A stretch of DNA of 64,000 nucleotides from Ranitomeya imitator (taxonomy: Eukaryota): positions 650,628,001 to 650,692,000 of the forward strand of contig NC_091284.1 in NCBI RefSeq assembly GCF_032444005.1, written 5' to 3'. Below, piece after piece: positions 14,722 to 28,965 of this stretch. The stretch's first letter is position 1. Each line of letters starts with the position of its first letter. Below the pieces are notes generated by a model. It ran no database searches. It was not told the origin of the DNA and saw only the letters and a program-made list of their open reading frames with translations. A program made the position numbers and the translations under genes.

Positions 14722-15054
14722 TAAAAGAGCAAACCTGTTTATGGATCAGTGAAGAGAGATGGCTGCTGGCCCAGTTAGCGACTGACCACATGGCCGAGTA
14801 GATGTTAGTATCTAAAGAAGACTAGACTTTCATTATTGAGATAGGAATTCTCCAGGTAAGCAGATGAAGATACAGGGGAGCAGGGCTATAAATTATGACA
14901 AGATGAGATGTTTAAATAAAAAAATACAGCATTTTAATAGTATACCGCACAGGATACAATAATTACATAATTGGAGATTCACTTTTACCAAAGCAAAAAA
15001 ACGATCTTGTGACTTGTGTTTAGCTTTAGTTGCCTCCTACTAAGCAATTACTGG

Positions 15055-15174
15055 TCAAACACGTGGCACCCCTGAAGATTGTCTTTTTATGACCTCAAGT
15101 AAAGACTCAGCATCAGCAGCATTGTGTATTTTATCCATTAGATCATCCAATAGTTCTCCTCCATTTAGGAATTC
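15055..15174 (-). CDS. MTRF1: MTRF1 last coding exon (EFLNGGELLDDLMDKIHNAADAESLLEVIKRQSSGVPRV*)
   Basis: CAG acceptor at 15175-15177, phase 0, TGA at 15055-15057. Resembles the vertebrate mtRF1 C-terminus (EFLxGG.LD.L). Confidence 0.85.
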   Translation of the reverse strand, partial: EFLNGGELLDDLMDKIHNAADAESLLEVIKRQSSGVPRV

Positions 15175-15989
15175 CTGGAATAATAATCAGAATAAACATG
15201 ACATGCAAGACCTAAGAAAGTCTGCAAAATGGGACAAATTACCAAGATCAAACAACAATATTAATACCATCCACAAATATATGTACATTGGCATCTTTAC
15301 TGGCCACAAATGCAGTATATCATGTCAAATGTTATTATATCTGCTTTTTAGCCTATATAACAGAAAAAGAGACTTAGCTAAGAGTAGTCATAACATTTAT
15401 TACAAAGATTCCAGAACAGAGGCACTCACCACAAAAAATGAGAGAGGAGGGGGAGAGAGAGATTTCAGTTCAGGTTCAAGTTCGGGTACCAGAACGTGAA
15501 CTTCTACGCATCCGCTCATCCCTAATGGTGAGCACTACTGTTCATACATACACATTTAACAGCTGTGGGGTGTTTTAAAATAAAAACAAAAAGAAGATGA
15601 AATGTTCCAAACATGACTATCAGTTGTGCCACATTTAATAACTAACAAATAAAGCTGCACTCTAACGCTATAGCATGTAAACATTAAATGTATAAAATTT
15701 GAATTACATTACTGCTCTAGAAGATGGGGAAAAAACGAAGATACTAATCACATAATTAGGCCGATTCATGCACGCCCAGCAACTACGGCGAGGCGATCTC
15801 CGGTTGCTGGGAATGCATGAATTGTTTACTACAGAGAGAAAACTTTGTTAGTTATGTATGGAGATGGCTACTCTTAGTAAGCACTTGTACACACCAGTTT
15901 TCTGTTTGGAAGTCACGGTCAGTCTTCTGATATTTGTGCCAAATTTATTACACTACATGAGCCGTTTTTATAGATCTGGACCATCCTGA

Positions 15990-17595
15990 CCAATGTTGCT
16001 ACCTTGCACCATTTTTCAAACAGATCTTGACACTTTTGATAAAACTCACCAGTTTGTGAGAGTGAACACAACTATTTATATATTCACTATCGGAGTACAA
16101 ACACCACAAGCAGAAATATAAGCACTTACGTGCTGTGCTATTAATGGTTGTCCGAGGAATGTTCTGCTACACTGAATGCACATGTGCCTGCAAATCAGTA
16201 ATATCCACTGCTGGCAGCTCCGTTGAAATTGCAGACCAATGATGTCCCAAATGTGCTCAATGGGAGACAAGTCGGCTCACAGTAGAAAGAGCAATGTGTG
16301 ACCTGGCATAATGGTGTTGAAAAATAGCTTCTGAGACATTTTGGAGAAATTGCGCTACCACTCATTCTACAACCAGATAAATCTAATGCAGAGTCATTAG
16401 TGTACCTGGAATGAAAATAAGTGACGTCCAAGCAACATATATTAGTACTAGCTATTGAACCCGTTCTACGCCCGGGTGGCTAGCATCGATATTGGTATAT
16501 GGTCTCCATCCTGGTATGTGCTACTCCATCCTGCGTCCCCGTTCTGTCATGTGCTGCTGCCATCCTGCGCCCGTTCTGTCATGTGCTGCTCCCATCCTGC
16601 GCCACCATTGTATTATATGCCCCCCATAAGATGCTCCATTATATATGCCCCGTATGCTGCTGCCATATATATATAAAAATTAAAAAAACCATACTCACCT
16701 ATGGTCGCTGGGCGCCGAGTGCTGGGGGGCCTGAGCAGGCGGGGACACCGGCACGCTGTGGGGGTCAGGTGCCGGAGTCACCGCTAGCTCAGGCCCCCAG
16801 CACTTGCTATACTCAACTCTCTGTCCCATTCCAGCGCTGCGCGCCGCCATCTTCCGGCTCCTCTGCTGTGACTGTTCAGTCAGAGGGCGGCGCCGGCGCG
16901 CATTAAGCGCGTCATCGCGCCCTCTGAACTGGGAACGTCACAGCAGAGGACCCGGGAGACGGAGCCGCACGCAGCGCTGGAACGGGGAACAGGTGAATAT
17001 ACTCACCCTCCTGGCGGTCCCTGACTCTCCGGTGGAGATCGCGGTGTGCGTTCAGTGTTTACGCATACCGCGATCTCCTGGGAGCGTCACTCTGTGAGGC
17101 CCAGACTACGCCGGCGCTTGCGCAGTCTATAAAGGCTTCGGAAAGAGTGACGCTCCCAGCGTTATATTATAGATTCCCTACACCATAATCACAGAAGGAT
17201 CGGTGACGTTACCTTGTGAAGACCTCTATGACGTTGACCAAGCGGTCTCCAGACCAATCTTAGCTATCACTGCATCCAAGGCAAAAAAGGACTCATTGCT
17301 GCAGAGGATAGGCCTCCATACCAGCCTACATTGCCGTCTTTGTGTGCCAAGAGCCTTGAATAATGTTTTGTGAGGCCAATGAAACACCTGTATCTGGAAA
17401 TCTGTCTTGTAGTCCAATGTCATGCAAATGCCTTTACATGACACGGTTTGGCACCTTAAGGTTGGTATGTGACACTCAGTTTCAAGTTGCACTACAGAAT
17501 GAAACAATCATGGCACAAGGAGTACGGCCATTTTTTCAAAGTGTCCCAGGTGCCATTTTTCCACAAGACAAGGCGAGGCCACATATTGTTTATGC
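15990..17595 (-). mobile_element. Old, degenerate Tc1-like remnant interrupted by a Helitron
   Basis: MSPIEHIWDII fragment at 16230-16270. A plus-strand QDKARPH-like fragment near 17560 shows mixed pieces; boundaries approximate. Confidence 0.45.
16448..17173 (-). mobile_element. Non-autonomous Helitron (second family)
   Basis: On the minus strand: A|TCTATAATATAAC start, subterminal hairpin CCCG..CGGG, CTAG|T end. Confidence 0.75.
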
Positions 17596-19347
17596 TTAAT
17601 TTTAACATTGAGAGATAGAAAATCAAAAATAAAATCCAGAAAATCACATTGTATAAATTATATAAATTTATTTGCATTTTTCAGTGAGAAATAAGTATTT
17701 GATCCCTACCAACCATTAAGAGTTCTGGTTCCGCTCCTAATTAACTTGTTGCCTGCATTAAAGACAGCTGTCGTACATAGTCACCTTTATAAAAGAATCC
17801 TGTCCACAGACTCAATCAGTCAGACTCTTAACCTCTACAACATGGGCAAGATCAAAGAGCTTTATAAGGATGTCAGGGACCAGATCATAGACCTGCACAA
17901 AGCTGGAATGGGCTACAAAACCATAAGTAAGATGCTGGGTGAGAAGGAGACAACTGTTGGTGCAATAGTAAGAAAATGGAAGAAATACAAAATGACTGCC
18001 AATAGACTTTGATCTGAGGCACCATGCAAAATAAATCTCACCTCGTGGGGTATCCTTGATCATGAGGAAGGCGAGTGATTGGGAGAGGGTGCTGTGGTCA
18101 GATCAGACAAAAATTGAGGTCTTTGCTTCGCCTAAACATACAGACCCTTTGTCGACCTAAATCTATAGGTGGTGCTGGTTTTCCCAATTTTAGGAGGTAC
18201 TTTCAGGCTACTGCATTACTTAGGATTCTAGACTGACACTTTCAAGCTGATGCTAAACAGTGGGTGGGAATGGAACAGGAGAGTTTAGATGTCCCTTTAA
18301 GACATCTGCCGTAGTGTTCCGGGGAAATCACTGTCTATAGTCAATTGTAATTTACGGTAACTAGAGACACACTTAAAATATGGCACACTCTAAGAAAGAA
18401 GGGGTTCCCAGATAGTAATACTAGCCCACTTACATCAATGTTTTTCAATCCATCCTTTCTCCCTGGATACTTGCGCGGATCTTTTCTCGGTCGGAGGGCA
18501 ATGGAGGATACCCGATTGTTTCAGGTGCTGGAAGACGCCTTCTTTTGTCTCTATACAGGCTCAGTTTCCAAATGAGAAAATTCGGTGGTTTGAATACTTG
18601 CAATTACAATCCTTCCTAGTGGCACAAAATTTTGATAAAATTTCGATTTCAAACTTCACCTTTTTTGAGAAATTGTTCTTAGAAGAAAATAAGCCACCAC
18701 ATGCTATATCAGTGATTGAGCAGACAGGGTGAAGCGGAGAAGTTAACATTTCATCAGGCATGGAGAGAGACTTAGGGATAAGCTTGTCTCCTCAAGAATG
18801 GGAAAGGGGGTTTATCTTCAATCATAAACTTGCTAGCGCTGGAATTGCACAAGAGAAGAAAAAATACTTATGAGATGGTATCATCATTACCCTTCTAAAC
18901 TACACGCAATATATCCAGCAGATTCAGGGGTTTGTTGGAGATGCGAGAGGGAGGTGATCCACATTTGGTGGGAGTGCTCTAAGATCAAGCTATTCTGGGA
19001 GAAGGTTTTTGACACGGGAAACAGTGTAGCAAGGTCCCCTCAAATAGCTCTTCTGACAATTTTACCTTCAATAGGGACTCCGAAAAGAGATATTCTTCGA
19101 TTTTGTCTAACAGCAGCACGAATAGTAATCCCGAGGTTTTGGAATCTTACAAACCCCCCTGACATATTAGACTGGTATAAGGAAATGGTCAATCTGTGTA
19201 GAATGGAGGAGCTGTCTGCAGACTGCAAAGGAACAAAAAATACATTAAGAAGAATTTGGAGTGGATGGATTTTATTTCAGGACTCACCAGATTCCCATAA
19301 TTTGTTCCGCTGACTGTTACAGTTACATAAGAATTTGTGCATTAATA

Positions 19348-20520
19348 TCTACTATATAATTGTCTACGGGTCTCTTCCATCTGTCTGTCTGTCCTTCTGT
19401 CACGGTTATTCATTTGCTGATTGGTCTCGGCAGCTGCCTGTCATAGCTGCCGCGACCAATCAGCGGCCACAGTCCAGAAAAAAATGGCCGCTCCTTCCTC
19501 CCCGCAGTCACTGCCCGGCGCCCGCATACTCCCCTCCGGTCAGCTCATACAGGGTTAATGGCAGCGTTGACCGCAGTGTAACACACTCGGTTAACGCTGC
19601 TATTAACCCTGTGTGACCACCTTTTTACTATTCATGCTGCCTATGCAGCATGAATAGTAAAAATGTCTAATGTTAAAAATAATAAAAAAATAAAAAATAG
19701 TTACATACTCACCCTCCGGTGGCCCCCCCGGATCAGGAACCGACCTTTTCCGCTCCGCGCGTGACCGCTGCATGCATTGCGGTCTCGCAAGATGACGACG
19801 TACGGTCTCGCGAGACCGCTATGTCATCAGCGCGCAAGACCGCAATGCAATCTTCAGACTGGACCGCGGGCCAAGCATCGGGAACTGGCCGCTTCGATCC
19901 GGAGGCTCCAGGAGGTGAGTATGTAACTATTGTTTATTTTATTTTTAAGGCTACTTTCACACTAGCGTCGGATTCGGCCCGTCGCATTGCGTCGGGCCGA
20001 GATTCCGACGGTAGCGTTTGTTGTGCCGCACAACGGGTGCAGCGGATGCATTTCTCCGGCGCATCCGCTGCCCCATTGTGAGGTGTGGGGAGGTGGGGGC
20101 GGAGAAAAAGCGGTCCGTCGGCTGCAAAAAAACGTTACATTTAACGTTTTTTGCTCCCGTCGGTCCGCCACAACACGCAAGACGGTTGCGACGTGTGTCA
20201 ATATGTCGCAATGCATCGGTAATGTAACTCTATGGGGCAAAAACGCATCCTGCAAACAACTTTGCAGGATGCGTTTTTTCCCCTAAACGACGTATTGCGA
20301 CGTATTAAAAAAAACGCCAGTGTGAAAGTAGCCTAACAGGGATATGGTGCATACTACGTGACTGGGCAATATACTACGTGGCTCTGTGCTGTATACTACG
20401 TGGCTCTGTGCGTAACTGGGCAATATACTACGTGGCTCTGTGCGTAGCTGGGCAATATACTATGTGACTGGGCAATATACTACGTGGACATATACCCGAT
20501 GCGTTAGAATCGGGCCACCA

Positions 20521-20525
<5 letters not shown>
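19348..20525 (+). mobile_element. Non-autonomous Helitron, with a nested Harbinger MITE at 19949-20333
   Basis: A|TCTACTATATAA start, CCCGATGCGTTAGAATCGGG hairpin, CTAA|T end. Nested MITE TAA|GGCTACTTTCACAC..GTGTGAAAGTAGCC|TAA. Confidence 0.85.

Positions 20526-20595
<70 letters not shown>
20524..20595. repeat. (TA)n microsatellite, about 35 units
   Basis: Read directly, immediately after the Helitron 3' end. Confidence 0.95.
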
Positions 20596-20603
<8 letters not shown>

Positions 20604-21785
20604 TATAATTTTAAGGACCCCTTTATCCATAACCCCTTTTTGTTCCTTTTTTTTTCTTCCCTTGTCTTTCTTTCCCTGTTTTTCTTATCCTATTTCTTTC
20701 TTCTACATAATATAGGGGATACTTTCTTGAATACCGTGTTGGCGTTCGCCATATCGTTACTGTTATTGTCTACCATGGTATGTTTGAGTTACTGCTAAAA
20801 GTGGCACTCATTTTGAATACTAGATATTTTCTATGATTCTATATATTATCATTTTTCTTATATTTTTTGTTTGCAAAATGTTTAATAAAATAGATTGAAC
20901 ATCAACATTCAGGTCTTTAGCATTAACTCAACGTGCCATGTTTGGAGGAAGAAAAATGCTGCTTATGACCCAAAGAACACTGTACCTACTGTCAAGCATG
21001 GAGGTGTTAACATTATGTTTTGTTTTTTTGTTTTTTTTTTTGGGGGGGGGGGGGTTTCTCTGCTAAGGGCACAGGACTATTTAACCGCATCAATGGGAGA
21101 ATGAATGGAGCCATGTACCGTAAAATCCTGAGTGACAACCCCCTTCCCTCCGCCAGGCCATTAAAAATTGGTCGTGGCTAGGTCTTCCAGCAAGACCCAA
21201 AACATACAGCCAAGGCAACAAAGGAGTGGCTCAAAAAGAAGCACATTAAAGTCATGGCGTGGATTAGCAAGTCTCCAGACCTTTGTCCCATAGAAAACTT
21301 ATGGAGGGAGTTGAAGCGCCGAGTTGCCAAGCTACAGCCTCAAAATCTTAATGGTTTAGAGATGATCTGCAAAGAGGAGTGGACCAAAATTCCTCCTGAC
21401 ATGTGCGCAAACCTCATCTTCAACTACAAAAACATCTGACTGCTGTGCTTGCCAACAAAGGTTTTGCCATCAAGTATTAAGTCTTGTTTACCAGAGGAAT
21501 CAAATACTTATTTCTCACTGCAAAATGCAAATTTATATAATTTATACAATGTGATTTTCTGGATTTTATTTATGATATTCTATCTCTCAATGTTAAAATT
21601 AACCTAACCTTAAAATTATAGACTGTTCATGTCTTTGTCAGTGGGCAAACTTGCAAAATCAGCAAGGGATCAAATAATTATTTACTTCACTTTAGGTGAC
21701 ACCTGTTACCACTGATGATAAACATATTATGCACAACAACTTAATAATGTATATTCTCGATCATTAGAAAAAATATAGTATATAC

Positions 21786-21884
21786 CCTTAAGTTACGAAT
21801 CTCATACGATATCCGGTGGTCTGTTAGTCTATCCTGAGTAAAGTTGTAAGTGCGAATCCGGTCAGACTGATCTCTTGTTCCAAC
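21786..21884 (-). CDS. MTRF1: MTRF1 exon, 99 bp ([33 protein letters not shown])
   Basis: CAG acceptor and GTATA donor, phase 0/0. Class-I release factor RIRTYNFxQDRxTDHR motif. Confidence 0.95.
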
Positions 21885-22000
21885 CTGCGCAGGACATAAG
21901 GTGGGCAACATTAGAAATGGTCATGACTGTCTGCAAATGCTCAACTTGTTCCTGTGCAACGTTTGAAAATGGCATGTTCAAATATAGCTGGATTAATTAT

Positions 22001-22054
<54 letters not shown>

Positions 22055-22199
22055 TATATATAAAAATATTATTTTTAATCAAATGGTTTATTTATTGATT
22101 TTTATGAAGAAAAAAAAAAAAAACAAGAACAACCACCAGACAAACATTGGAGAAAGTTCTCCACCCCTCAACCTTAAGAAGCATAAAACATGAGTTATT

Positions 22200-24420
22200 T
22201 ATCCATCTTGGCTCTGCAAAACCATCATAATTAGATGAACAAATATTTGAACATAGTAACTGTAGTTAACCCAGTTACATATAACTTGTGGAAGTACTAA
22301 CAACATTTTAATTAATTTTCAAAGAAGTTTAATTTGAGGCATCATATAAACAAAACTCAAAGCAAGCCGAGGCAAAATCTCCTCAGTTTCCAAGATGTCA
22401 AACCAAAGCCATTGATCGATAGACCCCATATCTTGTCTAATTTAGAGATAGCATCTCTTTTTAGGTATATGCCTTTTTCCAAATTTACTAGCCAGTTAAC
22501 TATCAATAAATTCTGATATCATAAGCTTCTGATCTGCTATTCATTTTTGGGCTATCAATTTTTTTGCCATATATAAAATATGTGCCGTGATTTTGCCGTA
22601 CTCCTCAATAGACAATAAACATATCTCAATATACATACTATTAGAGAAAGCTCTACACCAATGTTAATTGAAAAACCCTGTTAATCATTGCTGCAACACT
22701 CTTCCAAAAGGACACCGAGTTAGGAAAGTTCCACATCATATGAAAAATATCTGCTATGTTAGTTTTGCATCTAGGACAGTGGGGACTTGAGCAAAATCCC
22801 CTGTTAAATAAGAATTGAGGTGTCCTGTATACCCGGTGTATCACATACATATATGGGAGTCTATGGGATTCACTCAACGACAGCTGTGGAGCTATTTCCA
22901 GTATATCTGACCAGTGATTTTCCTCTATAGGTCCCATTACTCGCCCATTTCTCTTTTGATCGTATCGGCTGGTTTGTCAATATAATGTCTAAGAGAATGT
23001 TATAAAGTAATGAGATCAATCCATGAGAACTATGTAGATTAGCTATTCTCACCCCTCCTTCCAAAACTAATGCCTTTTGCCCGATATGCGTGCCTAAATC
23101 GTAAGTACCGTATTTTTCGGACCATAAGACGCACTTTTTTTCCTCCAAATTTGGGAGGAAAGTGTGGCTGCGTCTTATGGTCCGGATGTACCATGTGGGG
23201 GAGGGGGCAGCGCGAGTGGGATCCACTGTGATTCCACTCACAAGAGGCAGAAAAATGTCCCAGCTGCCTGGCTATAGTGCTGGGGAAACCATGTGATCCC
23301 GATGATTAAAGTGCAGTGAATATTCATTAGCTGCTTCCCCGCCCACCTGTCAGCTGAGCAGTGAGCAGCCATTGAATAGTCCTTCACTTAAGCAGCGACA
23401 CACATGGTTTCCTCAGCGCTGGATTCCTGCAGCAGCTGGGGAGATCTATGTCCAGTGGAGGAAGTGGGCAGCAGCAGGGGCAGGGGGAGACTAGATCGCC
23501 GCATACCTGCCTGGCTGTGCTGGATGCTGAGGCATAAGGACCTGTGTGATGTCAGGAAGTGGGCGGGCTGGAGCATCACATGGCAACACAGAGCCCTCTC
23601 TCTTCTGATGTCATCACAGGCCCTTCAGGCACCGCACTAGAATCTGCAGGCTTCCTGTTATGACCTGTGCTGTGGAGAGGCAACAAGAGGGAGGGCTCTG
23701 TGGTGCCATGGGATTCTCCAGCTTTTTACCTCACCACAGCGTGGCTGGCTGGCTGCCACAATTAAAAGGTTAGTCACTACAAGACACAATAAAGCACTCT
23801 GCCACTTCTGTGGTGAAGTATAACTCCCAGCATGCCATAGCATCTGCAGGGCATGCTGGGAGTTATAGTTCTCCAATGGGATCTCAAAGCAGCACTCCAG
23901 TATTAGTTTTCAGTGCTGCAAAATATAAGCCCTGTGCCCCCATTCTTATACTCACCCTCCAGCGTCTTCATATAGTACTTTACAGACACCACACTGGTCC
24001 CGCAGCACCATCTTCTACCCGCAGCTTCCAACATAATAACATACTATTATATATAATAACACCACATATAATAGTATGTTATTTATGTTACTAAATATTT
24101 TACCACATTTTTTTTGCTTCAAATATTTTTTTCCCTATTTTCCACCTCTAAAACCTGCGTGCATCTTATAGTCCGGTGCGTCTTATAGTCCGAAAAAATA
24201 CGGTATTTATAGAATTCAGGGGGCGGTAACCCATGTGAGAATTCCTTAATCACATCACCTATCAGCACTTGATTAAGTCTGTGTAAAACCTTGGCGCTCC
24301 AGGAGCCAAATCTCACCAGTTGGTATAGATTTGGAAGCCATGGAGTGTTCCATAATGAGGTAAATTGTGAAACGCCTTCTATTCCTGGATTTTATATTTT
24401 TAGAAAATAAAATTCATGGT
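22200..24420 (-). mobile_element. Degenerate L1-like LINE fragment interrupted by a pogo-like MITE
   Basis: CPRC..DIFHMMW zinc-knuckle region in ORF 22653-22937; boundaries approximate. Confidence 0.6.
23108..24203. mobile_element. pogo/Tigger-like non-autonomous element
   Basis: TA|CCGTATTTTTCGGACCATAAGACGCAC ... GTGCGTCTTATAGTCCGAAAAAATACGG|TA. Confidence 0.8.
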
Positions 24421-25472
24421 GAATCTGAAACATGCAGATTTACACAATCATGTCTGAGAGCTTTGTAAAGCATTGCAATGGAGTTTGTTGCAGATTTTCA
24501 GCGCAGTATCCACATAGAAAATCTGCAGCACCTTAACCGGAATTACTATGGCTTTTAAAGAAGGACTTCTGGGTGGAAAATCAATACTGGCATGCAAATA
24601 GTGCTAGACATGGCAGAGAGGTTTGGTATCTACATGATAGAATGCAGATCTGCTGCTACAGATATTCCTGCTGATACTTGCTGAATTGGTGCAGGTGGTT
24701 TCCACAGCAAATCCAGTACAATTGAACACACATTGGGCGAGATTTGGGATATGCAATACTGAAAGCGGCACTACTGCAGATCAGGGTAAGAGCAAGTACC
24801 ACTAACCGCACTGTTTAATCCCAAGCTCCATTCTCATTTATGTTCGGGTTTCCGGAGCAATTTTTTTTTTTTTTTAAACTCTGTTGTGCAGTTCTTCCTC
24901 CTAGAAACGTGTGACTAACTTGACAACTCGATTGGACGGACAGGGTAATGCCTAGTTGTCAAGTTATTCGTAACATTTCAAGAAATGATAACAGGGATGG
25001 GCACAATGCAGACTTCTTGATTGCTTTATATTCTATTCATTAGAAAAGCTTTTCTGAAGGTTACATTTTAGAAAGAAAAGGATTTATTTATTCTTGTACT
25101 TTTTTTTTTACTACATGCTTTATAGTCTCCCAAGATGACTTTGAACCCATGATGGCTTTAAATGCACAGTGCAATTCTTTAGTCTATTGTTAAATTAAAG
25201 ATGTTCTGTGAAGGTCAGCCTCAGACAATGCATCAAAGTACCACCAACATGGTGGCCTAAGTAGACCCCCAGATGCTATGACAATACAATTGGCACCCTG
25301 CGACTGTGACGAGGGGTGGTGATGGGTGAATTACTACCTCTGTCACCTGTAGCGTTTTGCCTGCTCCATACACCAGCACATGTGATCTCAGGTCGGGAAA
25401 GCAGAAAACGTCTAGGACAGTAGGTAAAGTCTGGTCAATATGTCTCCCCCATAGCTGTGACTAGCCTCGCAC

Positions 25473-25609
25473 CTGCAATTTCCTGGAACTTTGTCTCTGG
25501 GACACTTCGTCCTTTACATTATTTTCATGTAGTTTCGCTCGCAGCATCTTCATGGCTCTATCTTTGTTCAGAATTTGAGAGCGCTCTTGCTGGCACTCCA
25601 CTGTTATAC
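25473..25609 (-). CDS. MTRF1: MTRF1 exon, 137 bp (GITVECQQERSQILNKDRAMKMLRAKLHENNVKDEVSQRQSSRKLQ)
   Basis: TAG acceptor and GTGCGA donor, phase 1/0. CQQERSQxxNK release factor motif. Confidence 0.95.
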
Positions 25610-28142
25610 CTAGAATATAGAGTACAATAGTTGTGAATGTCATGAAGGCAATACACGAAATATTAAAAAACTACAGTAGCTATAAACATGTTAGAAAATG
25701 CAAAAAACAAATAATATTAAACTTGCTAAATTCCCCGATACCCAGCACTATTGCTCAGGTGGTCCCCAAGTGATGACACGCTACACATTACATGCCTGGC
25801 CTCGGCAGTGACGTCTGCGGATACACCACTGCCTGTCATGTTATGAGCATGTGTAATTAAAATTTTGTACTGCACATATATACTATGAAACATGCACACA
25901 TAATCCTCACCATAAAATAACAAACGGTGTATTTAAAAAGGTGAGTTTTGATGCTGAAACCGCCAAAAAATTATTGGAAACTCTTCACGCTCTATGACGT
26001 ATATATCCTTCATGCAAAGACAATATGTGTAAAGCACTGAAATATGATGGTGGTATGTAAGTAAGCATAATAAGTAAAATAAATTGTGGTGTGAATTGCA
26101 GTGTGTGTTATACAGCTCTCACCCGCCTCTAACAGCAGCAATCAGAGCCGGCTCCTTGTGCTGTTGTGGACCACTAAAATAGCACTATAAATTAACCCCT
26201 TTACCCCGAGGGTACTTTGTACATTAATGACCGGGCCAATTTTTACAATTCTGAACACTGTCCCTTTATGAGGTAATAACTCTGGAATGCTTCCATGGAT
26301 CCTAGTGATTCTGAGATTTTTTTTACATATTGTACTTCAGGATAGTGGTAACATTTCTTTGATATGACTTGCGTTTATTTAAAAAAAAAAAAAAAAAAAA
26401 AAACACGGACATTTGGCAAAAATTTCACAATTTTCCAACTTTAAATTTTCATACCCTTAAATTAGAGTTATGTCACACAAAATACTTAATAAATAACATT
26501 TCACACATGTCTACTTTACATCAGCACAATTTTGGAAACCACATTTTTTTTGTTAGGAAGTTATAAAGGTTAAAAGTTGAACAGCGATTTATTTTTACAA
26601 CACCATTTTTTTTTTTTGTAGGGACCACATCACATTTGAAGTCACTTTGAGGGGTCTATATGATAGAAAATACCCAAGTGTGACACCATTCTAAAAACTG
26701 CACCCCTCAAGGTGCCCAAAACCACATTCAAGAAGTGTATTAATCCTTCAGGTACTTAACAGGAATTTTTGGAATGTTTTTAAAAAAAATGAACATTAAC
26801 TTTTTTCACAAAACATTTACTTCAGACCCCAATTTTTTTTATTTACACAAGGGTAACAGGAGAAATTGGACCCCAAAAGTTATTGTGCAATTTGTTCTGA
26901 TACCCCTTAAACCACTGTTTGGATGCATGGCAGAGCTCAGAAGGGAAGGAGCACCGTATGATTTTTTCAATGCAAATTTGGCTGGAATCGAGATTGAAAG
27001 TCATGCCACGTTTGTAGAGCCCCTCATGTACCTAAACATTGGAAACCCCCAACAAGTGACCCCATTTTGGAAACTAGACCCCCCAAGGAACTTAGCTAGA
27101 TGTGCACTTTGAAACCCCAGGTGCTTCACAGAAGTTTATAACGTTGAGCCGTGAAAATAATAAAATCACATTTTCCTAAACATTTTTTTATTTTAGCTCA
27201 AAATGTTGCATTTTTATAAGGGTAACAAGAAAAATTGCCCCATACAATTTGTTGTGCAATTTCTCTTGAGTACGCTGAAATTCCACATGTAGGGGAATAC
27301 TACTTTTGAGGCACAGTGTAAAGCTAAGAAGGCAAGGAACACCAGATTTTACTGGTTTGCAGGTGCCATGATCCACTGGGGAGCCCATGAGGTGCCAGAA
27401 CATAAAAAAAACCAAAACCATAAGTGACCCCATTTTAAGAACTAAACTTCTTAATGAATTCATCTAGGAATGCAGTTATCATATTGACACCGTGGGTGTC
27501 ACAAAATTTTATACCAAAGATGCAGCAAGTGGCGGATGATGCGACTGTTACTCTCATCAGCCTACACCCCTGCTGCTGCTGCTGCTAATAACAGTGAGCG
27601 GCTGATGGGGGTATTCATCAGCCGAGGCCTGAACTATAAATGAATGAATGAATGAATGAAAAAAAAAATGGCGTGGGTTCCCCCCCATTTTTGATAACCA
27701 GCCAGACAAAACTCACAGCTGGGGGCTGCAGCCCTGAGCTGTCAGTAAGGTTGGATATCAAGAATAGAGGGGTCCCCACATCATATTTTTTAATTATTTA
27801 AATAAATGTAAAAACCGGTGTGGGTTCCCCCCATTTTTGACAACCAGCCTTGCTAAAGCTCACACCTGGGGGATGGTATTCTCAGACTGGTAAAGGGCCA
27901 TGGATATTGCTCCCCCCCCCAGCCTAAAAATAGCAGCCCGCAGCCACCCAGAAAAGACATCTATTAGATGCGCCAATTCTGGAACTTTGCCCGGCTCTTC
28001 CCACTTTTTCTGTAATGGTGGCAAGTGGGGTTAATATTTGTGGAGTTGATGACACCTTTTTATTGTCAGGTGACATCAAGCCCACAGCTTAGTAATGGAG
28101 AAGCATCTATAAAACACCTGTCCATTACTAATCCTATAGCTA

Positions 28143-28965
28143 CAGTTGCGCTCAAAGGTTTACATACCCCGGCAGAATTTTTTGCTTTCTTGGCCTTTTT
28201 TGCAGAGAATATAAATGATAGCACCATACTTTTTCTCCGCTCATGGTTATTGGTTGGGTGAAGCCATTTATTGTCAAACTACTGTGTTTTCTCTTTTTAA
28301 ATCATAACGACAACCCAAAACATCCAAATGACCCTGATCAAAAGTTCACATACCCTATTTCTTAATACCGTGCATTGCCTCCTCTAACATCAATGACAGT
28401 AAGTATTTTGTGGTAGTTGTGGATGAGGTTCTTTATTTATTATATATTTTCAGATGGTAAAGTTGCCCACTCTTTTTGGCAAAAAGCCTCCAGTTCCTGT
28501 AAATTCCTGGGCTGTCTAGCATGAACTGCACGTTTGAGATCTCCCCAGAGTGGCTCAACGATATTGAGGTCAGGAGACTGAGATGGCCACTCCAGATTCT
28601 TCACTTTGTTCTGCTGTAGCCAATGACAGTTTGACTTGGCCTTGTGTTTTGGATAGTTGTCATGTTGGAACATCTAAGTACGTCCCATGCGCAGCTTCCA
28701 GGCAGATGAGTAAATTTGCCTCCAGTATTTGCCGATAACGTGCTGCATTCATCTTTCCTTCAATTTTGACCAAGTTTCCTGTGCCTTTGTAGCTTACACA
28801 TCCCCAAAACATCAGCGATCTACCTCCGTGCTTTAGAGTAGGAATGGTGTTCCTTTCAGCATAAGCCTTGTTGATCTCTTTGCAAATGTAACGTTTATGG
28901 TTGTGGCCAAAAAGTTACATTTTGGTCTCATCACTCCAAATTACTTTGTTCCAGAAGTTGAGGCT
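28143..28965 (-). mobile_element. Tc1 transposon 3' fragment
   Basis: TA|CAGTTGCGCTCAAAGGTTTACATACCC terminus. FQHDNYPKH and SQSPDLNIVEPLW on the minus strand. Confidence 0.8.

Larger units (their letters stand above)
18130..20890 (+). mobile_element. 3' fragment of an L1/Tx1-like LINE, split by the Helitron at 19348-20525
   Basis: CWRC..HIWWEC C-terminal zinc knuckle in ORF 18870-19313. AT-rich 3' UTR ending AATAAAA near 20885. Confidence 0.7.
17596..21692 (+). mobile_element. Degenerate Tc1 transposon interrupted by an L1-like fragment and a Helitron
   Basis: Matching TIR segments at 17600-17705 and 21480-21690. MGKIKEL..VRKWKK near 17841; [11 protein letters not shown] near 21270. Confidence 0.8.

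Noticed and set aside
14930-14940. ATTAAA on the minus strand as the MTRF1 polyadenylation signal
   Set aside because: Plausible, about 120 nt after the stop, but an AT-rich hexamer alone is not enough without transcript data.
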